Shown: positions 39,501-48,660 of the stretch, piece by piece
Position numbering within the stretch: the stretch's first letter is position 1
Layout of the letters: every line of letters starts with the position of its first letter
DNA from: a bacterium
Lineage (GTDB): Bacteria; Zhuqueibacterota; Zhuqueibacteria; Residuimicrobiales; Krinioviventaceae
Assembly (NCBI GenBank): GCA_963675755.2
Contig: CAXXMD010000003.1
Coordinates: 960,001-1,024,000, forward strand
DNA length: 64,000 nucleotides
Direction of reading: 5' to 3'
Notes under the pieces: model-generated
Databases searched by the model: none
What the model was told of the DNA's origin: nothing
The model's input: only the letters and a program-made list of their open reading frames with translations
Program-made: the position numbers and the translations under genes

Positions 39501-39528
39501 ATCCTGTTGAAAATTTATGTGGTAACAT
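36514..39528 (-). CDS. Large acidic surface protein: 2 Ig-like domains, 7 carboxypeptidase-regulatory-like (CnaB-type) repeats and a FlgD-Ig/T9SS-like C-terminal domain
   Basis: Repeats 'GSISGxVTD..G.PIEGA.V...TD.NG.Y.I...GY..E.YD'; C-terminal LEQNYPNPFNPST...WDGTD...KRMIFIK; AAGGAG RBS. Confidence 0.88.
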   Translation of the reverse strand: MLPHKFSTGLVCLLVIILTGTLFSQTIVLHPQRQWIDYGEGLQYEAQAFSELGVPLTVDEYEWSVSPETAGTISNEGYFVAGDEFVRATVTATARIKGERMSGDALVIVGESPDPEISIIVEPEQAIVEPLGNLTFAAIAKGPNGISLRIDGVRWLVSPKSIGVISDEGVFTAGPRFAEGTVTAVVDIEGVQFKGEAEVLVSSEPTGSISGTVTDEGSSVIDGAKVAVIRLGIPVQRKIMDVSNDGSYMFDNLVPGNFVVVAEADGYIREFYDNVTDFDQTTPVSVGEEEDVTGINFELGTGGSITGVITDEATGEPIEGVSLTAALAVNPTRRYHALSDVNGEYAITGMKTGSYAVYANKSGYVAEYYDNVRLPEDVTPVSVTAPDETSGIDMTLTVTNALTGVVTSDADGSPIEGAIVAVRELLSESPQTGEGFLNQFRHVARTDENGAFSLQLNPGFYLVYTRASDFVPEWFDGVDEAETATPVQIFKDQHTVIKVGLAPFGSISGTVTDENTGVTMQGVRVAAFYEGNLYGYGRKFSAITDENGDYVIPSVPTGEFFVAANADSYLVEFWQEADSLANATKVTVESGVPVQDIDFTLSVGGILGGQVVDSESATPLENAIVRVERVDGKLRKAAKTDADGFWTIKGLPAGEYLAIAVKRGYEREWYLDEVSREDADEIELLESGSNVNINFTLAAVELSGSGISGVVMDESGEIPVEGAVVTMMPLDFAKPRRGVTGPDGSYEILGVTPGDYIISCRALNYVGEFYDNVYSWLDAETVTVETDIVTSEINFNLAAQEEGAYTIKGLIVDKKGNAKEGALVVAKQAGEVIAAEITEADGSFLLHGVPAGKYSLMASQTGYDESYLNGTSEENSEDLSVGDGLEVYDTVIVLGDVTTDIETEIIVPVAYQLEQNYPNPFNPSTTIRFVLPNTAQVKLQIFNLLGKNVRTIFEGSRQAGAYSLSWDGTDNNGVVLASGMYIYRMEAQSESGRFVDQKRMIFIK

Positions 39529-39692
39529 GACATTCTCCTTAAAATGATATTGATTTTAAATGGGTAATAAACTAACTTGGAGGAAATAGCTCCGTTTGGG
39601 TCGTTTCTTTGGCATCCCAACCATAATTGAAACAGCAACCTGAGCGGGGCTTATCCTTCACTTAACGATCTAAACACAGATCACCACCTCCT

Positions 39693-41138
39693 TTATTGAA
39701 TTTTGTCTAATAAATTAAATCCCAATTTTATATATTCATTCGCGGCTATTGCCTGATTATTTGCCAGTGCCTGTTCAGCTCGCCGCAGCATTTTTTTCGC
39801 TTCAGTAACAAAATCTACATTTGTTTCAGTGTCTTCACGCGATTCATATTTATGAATCTCTTGTTCAAGCTGATCTGCTCTTGCTCGTACATCTTCCTGG
39901 TTAATCTTGACATCTGAAGCTGTTGAAGAAGCAGCATTTACAAAACGATTTCCCGCGTATATCATTTCAAGTGCCAATCGGGTGCGTCCTTCGCCAAGAT
40001 ATCTTTGAGCATCGTCAGCACTCGACTGTGCAGCTTTGAGCAATTCATTCCGGGTTCCGGTTCCGCTATTATCTTTTTGTCTGTCTATTTCATCACGCAA
40101 TCGTCCAAGTTCTTGCTCTACCCGGTCATTCATCTGAGCTGGCGTATTGCTCCAAAGGCGGGTCAACACATTCCTACCCAAAACAGCCCGTCGTATAGCA
40201 ATCTCGTATCGTTCTCCGTTCAATGCCGTATTGGCCTGTGTGTAAATCCGCTCAACTCGGTCCAGAACAAAACCAGCCTGTGAGCCGGATTGTACATTGA
40301 TTTCATTACGTGCTGTGTTTAACAACTCTCCAAGCATTTCCACTTCTTCAATAGCCTGTTCACGTATGGAAAAGCCCTGTCCCTGACAGAGATCTATAGC
40401 ACGCAGCAACAATCGGGTATTACTGTAATATAAGCCAATAGCAACTTTATAATTACCAGATTGAACTGCCTGTAATATATTGTGATATTGTTCTTTCGCC
40501 TGGTTGATCAGTTTTATAGCCTGTTCATCATTACAACTGCCGATCAGTTCCTCTGCACGATTGACGAGTTCCAGATATTTTTCTTTTTCTTCTTCAAGGG
40601 TTTCCGGATTCACCGTCAGACCTGATGTACGAACAAGCCCGATTGATCGCTCTGCGTAAAATTTTGCAACCCGAAAATGCTCCATAGCCTTTCGAGTCTG
40701 TTTATTCCGTAATGCGCGTATTCCGGCTTGACGGTTCTCTTTGGCCTGACTCAACATTCGTTCCGCTTCACGGTTATTCATTCCCGGAACTAGCTGCTCA
40801 GCATTCCGGATCAATTCATCTATCTGTTCCTGTATCCTGTCGACCGGAACGGCTGTAATACGATCAATGGCCTGATTTATCAGCACCAAAGCCGCTTTTA
40901 TCTTGGCGGTTGCCAGAGTGTTTCGTCCACGACTAAAAAAAGATACCGCCTCATCCCGCTGTCGAATAGCGCTATCAATCCATTGTTCAGCCTGACTGTC
41001 AGGAAACAACTTTAACAGCTCCTGTGCGGCATCGATTTTGGAATTCAACACATCTAAACCGTTTCTCGCGTTTTGCGCGTTAACAGCAGATACCAAAATC
41101 ATCAAGGCTAAAATTGTATATATTATTCTTTTCATCAT
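39693..41138 (-). CDS. Secreted/periplasmic all-helical protein with six ~75-aa repeats
   Basis: Signal peptide (..SAVNA); repeats such as QAEQWIDSA..A..G...A, EAERMLSQA, QAIKLINQA, QAGFVLDRV, NELLKAA and DFVTEA. Confidence 0.8.
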   Translation of the reverse strand: MMKRIIYTILALMILVSAVNAQNARNGLDVLNSKIDAAQELLKLFPDSQAEQWIDSAIRQRDEAVSFFSRGRNTLATAKIKAALVLINQAIDRITAVPVDRIQEQIDELIRNAEQLVPGMNNREAERMLSQAKENRQAGIRALRNKQTRKAMEHFRVAKFYAERSIGLVRTSGLTVNPETLEEEKEKYLELVNRAEELIGSCNDEQAIKLINQAKEQYHNILQAVQSGNYKVAIGLYYSNTRLLLRAIDLCQGQGFSIREQAIEEVEMLGELLNTARNEINVQSGSQAGFVLDRVERIYTQANTALNGERYEIAIRRAVLGRNVLTRLWSNTPAQMNDRVEQELGRLRDEIDRQKDNSGTGTRNELLKAAQSSADDAQRYLGEGRTRLALEMIYAGNRFVNAASSTASDVKINQEDVRARADQLEQEIHKYESREDTETNVDFVTEAKKMLRRAEQALANNQAIAANEYIKLGFNLLDKIQ

Positions 41139-41161
41139 ATTTGCTTTTTTTTGATTATATC

Positions 41162-41177
41162 AGCAACTGATATGCCA
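41162..41177 (-). promoter_or_regulatory. Sigma-54 (-24/-12) promoter
   Basis: Minus strand TGGCATATCAGTTGCT, exact GG-N10-GC spacing; predicted +1 near 41151. Confidence 0.7.
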
Positions 41178-41273
41178 TATCTTTTCACAACTACCATTCG
41201 CGGCATAAACCATTCAAAAACAGAATGTTAACGACAAACAATGTAATAGAAATAATTTATAATATTATAAAAC

Positions 41274-41311
41274 CGTACTTTTACGTACAATTGGGTGTAC
41301 CTGTAGGTACA
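41274..41311. promoter_or_regulatory. Tandem palindromic sites, candidate enhancer-binding-protein UAS
   Basis: CGTAC-TTTTAC-GTACA (41274-41289) and TGTAC-CTGTAG-GTACA (41296-41311), 22 bp apart, about -130 and -152 from the sigma-54 start. Confidence 0.55.
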
Positions 41312-41312
41312 T

Positions 41313-43847
41313 TTATTGATGGAAAAAAGTATTCAACTCTGATAAAATCTGTTCCCGCGATGCAAAAACATTTTTGCACTCTGGCAACGATCTTAGAAAG
41401 CGTTTACCATAGCTTTTATTAATAACACGATTGTCAAAGATAATTACACATCCCCTGTCTGTTTTTCGTCTGATCAGACGTCCGAATCCTTGTTTAAATT
41501 TCAACACGGCAAGTGGTACCGCATATTCCATAAACGGATTCCCGCCATCTTTTTCAATGGCCTCATATCTTGCTTCTATTATGGGCTCACTGGGTACCTG
41601 GAACGGCAGCTTGGTGATGATTACCGATTCCAGCGCGTCTCCCTCTACATCCACACCTTCCCAAAAACTGTCTGTACCAAACAATACCGATGTTTTTTCC
41701 CGCTTGAACTGGTTCAAAAGATCATGACGGTTCATACTGCCCTGTTTTAATACACGAATACCATGCTCGGCTAAAGGTCCTTCGAGCTGTCTGAATATCA
41801 TGTTCAACAGCCCGAATGAAGTAAACAGCACAAAAGCCCGTCCTTCAGAGACCAACAGTGCATCCAAAACAGACTTGGACAGTTCAGACGCAAAATTTTG
41901 ACTACGTGGGTCCGGCATATCTTTGGGCACCGCCATGATGACCTGTTCCTTATAATTAAACGGAGCAGGCAATTGCGCGCAAATGTTTCGTTTTTCCTCT
42001 ACCAGCGTCAATCCCAATCGTTCACGAATGAAATCAAACTTGTTATCGCTGGTTAGCGTTGCGGATGTCATAATTATGGTTTCAAAAGTATCAAAAACTG
42101 CTTCTTTCATTACCTGGTCGATATGCAGAGGTGAAACCTGAAAATGCAAAATTGACCGGTTGCGATAGGCCGGCTTTGCCTCAATCCATCGGATATCTTC
42201 TTCGCTCGAATTGAACAGCACTTCGGTTAAAATATCTGCAGCAGCTTCTATACGCTCGGCATTGGCTTCAACTTCAATGAGATTATTTAGCATCTCTTCA
42301 CCGTCAGAACGAACACCGCGCTTGACAGTTTCCGTTAAACGTAACAGTACTGATGACAAAATTTTCAACTGCTGAATAAATTCTTTAAAATGCGCATCTA
42401 ATCCCGTATCATAAATCACCTGATCAACAATATGAGGAAGCAGGCGCAGCTTGATTTCCTTTTCATCCAGAACACCGGTTTTTTGCTCTCGGGTCTGCAA
42501 AACCTGATAGAGCGAGTCCATAAGCTCGTCATTCATTGCAGCGATCTGTTCAATCAGATCAACCAGCTCTCCATCAATGGTCATGATAATTCGCTGCACA
42601 ATGTCGTCCGGTACAGCCGCTTTTTTTGATAATAAACGATGTTTTAATGTATGCAGATGCCCCTTGTAAATCGCTTTTTTACGACGGTGCAAACGGTTCA
42701 ATATACGCACCAAGCCCGCACGGGTAACCCGGCTGCCAAAATAGTGGGTTGCAACATGCTCCAGATGATGGGCTTCATCAAATACAATAGCCTGGTATGG
42801 AGGTAATATAGCAGCGTCGGCAAAGCTGCCGGTTTGCCGGCGTACCGCAAGGTCGGCAAATAACAGATGATGGTTCACCACCAGTATATGCGCTCGAGCG
42901 GCTTTACGACGGGCCTTGTTCACAAAACATTCACGAAAATATTTACACCGGCTGTGCGTACAGGTATCACTTTCAGCGGCAATTTTTTCCCATACTGTTG
43001 CGGAAGGAATGACCGAAAGGTCCGCTTTACTGCCGTCTTGAGATTGCCTTGCCCAATGGATCAGCTCCTGCAGCTCTTCAATCTCATGCTCTTCCGCAAG
43101 GGCTGCAAAGTCAGATTCTACATCATCCGCTTTGCGCAGACAGACATAATTGGAACGTCCTTTAACCAGCACAGCCTCAAATTCAGGGTCCAGTGCCTTT
43201 TGCAGTAACGGGATGTCTTTGTTGATCAATTGCTCTTGCAGATTAATTGTATTGGTAGATACTACAACTCGTGTTTTGTTTCGAACGGCCCAATAAATGG
43301 CAGGTACAAGATACGCCATGGTTTTTCCGGTACCGGTCCCTGCTTCTATCAATGCAATTTTTTTCTCGTTATACCCCGCACAAATAGAACTCAACATATC
43401 AATTTGCTGCTGGCGCTCTTCAAATCCATTAATGTGCCGGGCAATGGGACCTTCTTTTTGTAATAACGCTTCCATCTCTTGCAGATCCAGCAAGACTTTG
43501 TCGCGCTTGGCAAAAGGTTCAACCACTACGTATACATCATCTACATCATTGTTAACGATATAAAAAGCAACGCTGAAAGAATCGAGTCCCGAAGCAATAT
43601 TCAGATCGGGTGATGAGGGTTTGAGCATACCTGAGGGATGATTGTGAATGACAACATCCGCCTCCCGCGCAATTTTTAGGATAGCCGGTACGGCAGATTC
43701 GTTTCCCCGTGCAACAGCGTCTACTTTGTGAACAATCAAATCTTCTTCGGTATACCCTACAAAAAAGACTTCATTGCCGCCAGCTTCGGCAATAGCTTGC
43801 CGCATGGTTTCGATCGCTTCCGGGGATATATATTTTTCTATATTCAA
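41313..43847 (-). CDS. DinG/XPD-family Fe-S helicase with N-terminal JAB/MPN (RadC-like) domain
   Basis: N-terminal NEVFF...HNHPSG..KPS..D; EAGTGTGKT, Cys cluster (CLRK...CTHSRCKYFREC), DEAH, SATL, SFWEGVD and QGFGRLIR. Confidence 0.93.
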   Translation of the reverse strand: MNIEKYISPEAIETMRQAIAEAGGNEVFFVGYTEEDLIVHKVDAVARGNESAVPAILKIAREADVVIHNHPSGMLKPSSPDLNIASGLDSFSVAFYIVNNDVDDVYVVVEPFAKRDKVLLDLQEMEALLQKEGPIARHINGFEERQQQIDMLSSICAGYNEKKIALIEAGTGTGKTMAYLVPAIYWAVRNKTRVVVSTNTINLQEQLINKDIPLLQKALDPEFEAVLVKGRSNYVCLRKADDVESDFAALAEEHEIEELQELIHWARQSQDGSKADLSVIPSATVWEKIAAESDTCTHSRCKYFRECFVNKARRKAARAHILVVNHHLLFADLAVRRQTGSFADAAILPPYQAIVFDEAHHLEHVATHYFGSRVTRAGLVRILNRLHRRKKAIYKGHLHTLKHRLLSKKAAVPDDIVQRIIMTIDGELVDLIEQIAAMNDELMDSLYQVLQTREQKTGVLDEKEIKLRLLPHIVDQVIYDTGLDAHFKEFIQQLKILSSVLLRLTETVKRGVRSDGEEMLNNLIEVEANAERIEAAADILTEVLFNSSEEDIRWIEAKPAYRNRSILHFQVSPLHIDQVMKEAVFDTFETIIMTSATLTSDNKFDFIRERLGLTLVEEKRNICAQLPAPFNYKEQVIMAVPKDMPDPRSQNFASELSKSVLDALLVSEGRAFVLFTSFGLLNMIFRQLEGPLAEHGIRVLKQGSMNRHDLLNQFKREKTSVLFGTDSFWEGVDVEGDALESVIITKLPFQVPSEPIIEARYEAIEKDGGNPFMEYAVPLAVLKFKQGFGRLIRRKTDRGCVIIFDNRVINKSYGKRFLRSLPECKNVFASREQILSELNTFFHQ

Positions 43848-43855
43848 TGCATGCC

Positions 43856-44824
43856 TCAGGAGGGAAGCACTTCTTTGGTGGGCTCCAGATACTCGGCTTT
43901 ATAGCCAATATCTCTGATATAATTTGGAAAATCTTTATCACCATGAGTGGTATAAACCATGGCAGGGTCAACTTTTTTAATAAAATCCAAAAGTTCCTGA
44001 AAATCTGCATGATCACTCAAGGCAATAGAATGGTGACTATTGAACCGGAAACCCTTATTACTGTTGGCCCATCCGGATAAAAAAACAGTCCGGTATTGGT
44101 TTGGCAGATTTTTAATCCTTCGCGACATCATCAAATGGGGTGGAATAATCAATACTTCACCCATCACCATATCTTTTTCATACCAGGGCGAACAATTTTT
44201 AAAGCGTACCCCAAAATCATAATAGACCTTGGAAAAACGCCATGCCGAATGATGGACTTTGACCTTGTATCCCAGATCACCAATTATCTTCATAGCCTCC
44301 TGGGCCTTACCCAGACCATATCCCATCACCACCGGCGTAATGCCTTTGAGCAGGCAATCATCAATAAAGTCCATAATATCATCTACAAGCTTTTCACGGG
44401 AATGGGGATTCACATATTCCGGTCTGCCAAAAGTGGATTCCATAATCAGAATATCTGCCTGAGGAATCTGGATAGGTTCGCAGGTCTCGTTCTCCTGCAC
44501 CTTGAAATCACCGGAATACAATAGAGATTGACCCTCGTAATCAACTTTGATCATTGCAGAACCAAGCACATGGCCCGCAGAGTACAAGGTAATTTTAGAA
44601 TTATCAAGTTCAAAAGTGTCGCCATAGTCAAGAGAGATTGTCTCTTTTTGTTTAGCGCGCATGGCATGAAAACGCAGGGTGGCAGGTGTGCCCAGAACCA
44701 TGTCATGATTTTTTAAATGATCACTATGTCCGTGAGAAATAAAAGAAAAGGGAGTTTTTCGATGTGCATCAATCCAAAAAGGGGTGTGTTTTAATTTAAC
44801 GCCGCGTACATCATATGAGAACAT
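43856..44824 (-). CDS. MBL/beta-CASP nuclease (DNA-damage exonuclease-like)
   Basis: SHGHSDH, AGHVLGS, YSGDF, MESTFG, LGKAQE, SDHADF and THG motifs. Confidence 0.9.
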   Translation of the reverse strand: MFSYDVRGVKLKHTPFWIDAHRKTPFSFISHGHSDHLKNHDMVLGTPATLRFHAMRAKQKETISLDYGDTFELDNSKITLYSAGHVLGSAMIKVDYEGQSLLYSGDFKVQENETCEPIQIPQADILIMESTFGRPEYVNPHSREKLVDDIMDFIDDCLLKGITPVVMGYGLGKAQEAMKIIGDLGYKVKVHHSAWRFSKVYYDFGVRFKNCSPWYEKDMVMGEVLIIPPHLMMSRRIKNLPNQYRTVFLSGWANSNKGFRFNSHHSIALSDHADFQELLDFIKKVDPAMVYTTHGDKDFPNYIRDIGYKAEYLEPTKEVLPS

Positions 44825-44839
44825 AAGCTTTTTAATTTG

Positions 44840-45424
44840 TTATAATATCTGGTTAATTTTATCTAAAAAGTACTGATGGACCATAGGATCATCAGACAAT
44901 TCCGGGTGAAAAGATGCCACCAGAATGTTACCTTGTTCGGCAAGCACAACGTTATCATTGTGCCAGCCCAAAGGTTTTACACCGTTACCACAGGAAACGA
45001 TTCTGGGAGCTCTAATAAAGACACCTTCATACTTTTCAGTCTTGCCATTCAATTCAAGACGTACATCATCTATAAAGGAATCTACCTGGCGGCCATACGC
45101 ATTACGTGCGGTTTCAATATCAATTAATCCCAGCGTATCAACCGGTTCACGGGTAATGGTCTTTGACAACATGATCAATCCTGCACAGGTCCCGAAAACC
45201 GGGTGATCTTGAGCAAACTCGATCACCGGTTTCCACATGTCATGTTTTTTTAACAACAATGACAGCGTGGTAGACTCGCCACCAGGAACAATAAGACCAC
45301 CGCACTTTAAAAGTTCGGCAACTGTTTTTACCAAAAGAACGTTGACGCCCAGAGAATCCAGCATTTTCTGATGTTTATCAAAATCACCCTGAAGCGCTAA
45401 AATACCGACTGTTTTCATATTCAC
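44840..45424 (-). CDS. pdxT: Pyridoxal 5'-phosphate synthase glutaminase subunit
   Basis: LALQGDF, PGGEST, GTCAG, RNAYGRQVDSF, FIRAP and FHPEL motifs. Confidence 0.97.
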   Translation of the reverse strand: MNMKTVGILALQGDFDKHQKMLDSLGVNVLLVKTVAELLKCGGLIVPGGESTTLSLLLKKHDMWKPVIEFAQDHPVFGTCAGLIMLSKTITREPVDTLGLIDIETARNAYGRQVDSFIDDVRLELNGKTEKYEGVFIRAPRIVSCGNGVKPLGWHNDNVVLAEQGNILVASFHPELSDDPMVHQYFLDKINQIL

Positions 45425-45445
45425 TATCCGAAAATGCAGGTCCGC

Positions 45446-46330
45446 TTACCAACCACGGTCAGCCATCCGCTCCTCTTTTGGGATCGATGACATTTCAAGA
45501 CCCGGCATAGCGTCGCCCAGACCTTCTGAAACGCGGGCAATCAAATCAAAATCCATATAATGTGTTGTAGCAGAAACAATCGCTTTTGCCCGTGATTCGG
45601 GATCATCAGATTTAAAAATACCACTACCAACAAACACAGTTTCAGCGCCCAACTGCATCATTAAAGACGCATCCGCAGGAGTAGCAACGCCACCCGCAGA
45701 AAAATTGGGTACAGGTAGTTTTCCGGTTTCTTTGATCTGACGCAGCAGTTCAACCGGTGCACCAAGATTTTTGGCTTCGGTTACCAGTTCTTCTTCACCC
45801 AATGTGGTGATACGTCTGAGTCCGCTTTGTACGGTACGCATATGACGAACCGCTTCTACAATATTTCCGCTGCCGGCCTCGCCTTTGGTACGGATCATTG
45901 CCGCACCTTCAGAAATACGACGCAGGGCTTCGCCCAAATTACGACATCCACAAACAAACGGTACTTTGAATTTCCATTTATCTACATGAAATTCTTCATC
46001 AGCAGGAGTAAGAACTTCACTTTCATCTATAAAATCTACACCCAATGCTTCTAATACCTGGGCTTCTGCAAAATGGCCTATACGACATTTCGCCATTACC
46101 GGAATAGAAACAACTTGCTGTATCGCTTTAATAACCGTTGGATCAGACATACGTGCAACACCGCCATGCGCTCTAATGTCCGCAGGGATACGCTCAAGTG
46201 CCATAACAGCTACTGCACCGGCACTTTCCGCAATTTTGGCCTGTTCCGGAGTCGTCACATCCATAATGACTCCGCCTTTGAGCATTTCTGCCAGGCCTAC
46301 TTTTAATTTAAAATCATTAGCGTCTTTCAT
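45446..46330 (-). CDS. pdxS: Pyridoxal 5'-phosphate synthase lyase subunit
   Basis: [27 protein letters not shown] and GGVATPADA motifs. Confidence 0.98.
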   Translation of the reverse strand: MKDANDFKLKVGLAEMLKGGVIMDVTTPEQAKIAESAGAVAVMALERIPADIRAHGGVARMSDPTVIKAIQQVVSIPVMAKCRIGHFAEAQVLEALGVDFIDESEVLTPADEEFHVDKWKFKVPFVCGCRNLGEALRRISEGAAMIRTKGEAGSGNIVEAVRHMRTVQSGLRRITTLGEEELVTEAKNLGAPVELLRQIKETGKLPVPNFSAGGVATPADASLMMQLGAETVFVGSGIFKSDDPESRAKAIVSATTHYMDFDLIARVSEGLGDAMPGLEMSSIPKEERMADRGW

Positions 46331-46362
46331 CGCTCACGCCTCTCTTTATTAATTAGAAAAGT

Positions 46363-46391
46363 AATCTAAATATTTAATATCAAATATTCAA
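46363..46391 (-). promoter_or_regulatory. Sigma-70-type promoter for pdxS
   Basis: Minus strand TTGAAT-N17-TAGATT. Confidence 0.45.
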
Positions 46392-46451
46392 GAAAAATAC
46401 GTTATTAAAACGTTAGTTCATTGAATGTTATTTCCGGTTTGAAGGTTTGGA

Positions 46452-48638
46452 TTATAAACCCAAACGACGGTTGTTAGACGAGCGGCTCTCACGCTCACCG
46501 GTGTGCTTTTCACATTTGGTTTGCGGTAGAAAACGTACGTCACAGATTTCGCCAAGAACATCCGGACAATAATCCGTTGCCAGCTGCTTGGTTTCACGAC
46601 ACACTTCAACCTGTACCACATTTTCCGGTTTTTCAAAATCCATAACCGGTAACTGCAACGTATCGTGCGCGGCTTTGATAAACGGAGCATTGATGGGCAG
46701 TGCTGCTCTGGCTCCTGATTGTCTTTCTCCTAACGACATGGACGGATCATCTAATCCCACCCAGACACCCGATACAATCTGCGGTGTAAAGGTTACATAC
46801 CAGGCGTCAGTAAAGTCGTTGGTAGTTCCGGTTTTACCACCCGCCGGACGATAAAAATTATATCGTGATCTGGAAGCAATACCCGTTCCTCGTGACGCAA
46901 CCGTTTTTAACAAATCTGCAATTATATATGCGGTTTCTTCCCGCAATACCCCTTTACTTTGCGGATTTGCGCGGTCTATTACATTACCATATTTATCTTC
47001 TACTCTGCTCACATAGTGCGGTTCTACTAAAACGCCCTTGTTGGCAAACGCGCCAAAAGCAGATATAATTTCTATAGGATGAACACCAATAGCACCCAGG
47101 GCAATTGCATCTACCGCCTGTAATGGTGTTGTAATACCCAGATAGCGGGCATAACGGATTACTTCTTCCGGTGGCACATCTTCCTGTACCAGTCTTGCGG
47201 TAACCAGGTTCAAAGAACGCCGCAGCGCTTCACGCATGGTTGTCAAACCGCCCAAAGATCCATCATAATTGTGCGGAGTCCAGCGTGTACCGTCTACCAT
47301 ATGAACAACAATGGGCTGATTCAGTTTTTCATAAAAAGGCATTATTCCATTGTCAACGGCAGCAGTATAAACAAAGGGTTTGAAAACCGAACCCGGCTGA
47401 CGAACAGCCTGTACAGCTCTGTTAAACTCACTCTCTTTAAAATCACGTCCGCCAATCATGGCAAGTATGTTCCCGGTTCGGGGATCAAGAGCAACCAACG
47501 CTACCTGAACTTTACACTTTAATGCAATCAATGAATCTACATATGCTGTATCCGCCATAATGGCTTCCAGTGAGCGCTTTTCAAGCATGCTGGGAGGTAC
47601 CAGTCTTACAAAGTTTTTCCTTTTGTGCATATTACGGTTCACAACCTTTTGCAGTTCCGGCAAATGGTTTTTCACCGCACTCTCTGCACAGGCTTGCACG
47701 CGACTGTCAAGCGTTGTAAAAATCTGCATTCCGCTTGTATAGATCTCGGTACTGTCTTTGGCGTACATTTTTCTGCGTACTTCTTCGGTAAAATAGGGAG
47801 CAATATCTATATTTACTGTACTGTCCTGACTTGCAAAAACAATATCTTTTTGGACCGCTTCATCATACTCTTTGGCAGTAATAAACTCGTGTCTCAGCAT
47901 ACGACGAAGCACAAGATCACGTCGGGTTTTGACATAATTTTGAATACGTTCATTTCTAGCATACAAAGATGGATTCAACCTTCCCGGTGCCTGCAGCATA
48001 CCGGTTAAAACCGCGCATTCTTCAACTCCCAATTCCGTATTGGTTTTGCCAAAATATTTTTGTGCGGCGGCTTCGTATCCATAAGTGCCAAATGCAAACT
48101 GAACATGATTTAAATACATCTCCATCAGTTCGTCTTTGGTATAACGTCGTTCAAGCTGAATTGCCGTGAATACTTCATTGATCTTGCGGGTTACGTTTTT
48201 ATCAAGGGTAAGATACAAAGTACGGGCAAGCTGTTGTGTAATGGTACTTGCTCCTTCTTCCTTGCTTCCTGTTAACAAAAAACTCAGGGTTACTTTGACA
48301 AAACGAGGCGGATAAATACCCCAGTGTTTTCCAAAGTGATGATCTTCTGTTGCAAGAATAGAATTAACAACAAGCGGAGCAAACTCTGACAAAGGTTTGT
48401 AAATACGCTGGTCTGTTAAAAACTCTTTTAATAAAACTCCATCCGCTGAATATACTTGAGAAGGCAGATTTGGAGAAATATTTTCAAGTCTTTCTGAATC
48501 GGGAAGGTTTCGGGTAAAGATAAAAATAAATGCAACACCCAGTACAGCAATACCCAAAACCAAATATAAAAACCTGTTGATAAATTTTCTTAATACTGTT
48601 TTTTCTTTTTTAGGTTGATTGTTTTTTCTTCTTTTCAT
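46452..48638 (-). CDS. Class A penicillin-binding protein (PBP1A family)
   Basis: TEDHHF and GASTITQQLAR (glycosyltransferase); QPGSVFKP, SLN and KTGT (transpeptidase). Confidence 0.95.
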   Translation of the reverse strand: MKRRKNNQPKKEKTVLRKFINRFLYLVLGIAVLGVAFIFIFTRNLPDSERLENISPNLPSQVYSADGVLLKEFLTDQRIYKPLSEFAPLVVNSILATEDHHFGKHWGIYPPRFVKVTLSFLLTGSKEEGASTITQQLARTLYLTLDKNVTRKINEVFTAIQLERRYTKDELMEMYLNHVQFAFGTYGYEAAAQKYFGKTNTELGVEECAVLTGMLQAPGRLNPSLYARNERIQNYVKTRRDLVLRRMLRHEFITAKEYDEAVQKDIVFASQDSTVNIDIAPYFTEEVRRKMYAKDSTEIYTSGMQIFTTLDSRVQACAESAVKNHLPELQKVVNRNMHKRKNFVRLVPPSMLEKRSLEAIMADTAYVDSLIALKCKVQVALVALDPRTGNILAMIGGRDFKESEFNRAVQAVRQPGSVFKPFVYTAAVDNGIMPFYEKLNQPIVVHMVDGTRWTPHNYDGSLGGLTTMREALRRSLNLVTARLVQEDVPPEEVIRYARYLGITTPLQAVDAIALGAIGVHPIEIISAFGAFANKGVLVEPHYVSRVEDKYGNVIDRANPQSKGVLREETAYIIADLLKTVASRGTGIASRSRYNFYRPAGGKTGTTNDFTDAWYVTFTPQIVSGVWVGLDDPSMSLGERQSGARAALPINAPFIKAAHDTLQLPVMDFEKPENVVQVEVCRETKQLATDYCPDVLGEICDVRFLPQTKCEKHTGERESRSSNNRRLGL

Positions 48639-48660
48639 CTCTATTCAGTTCATCGTCCTG

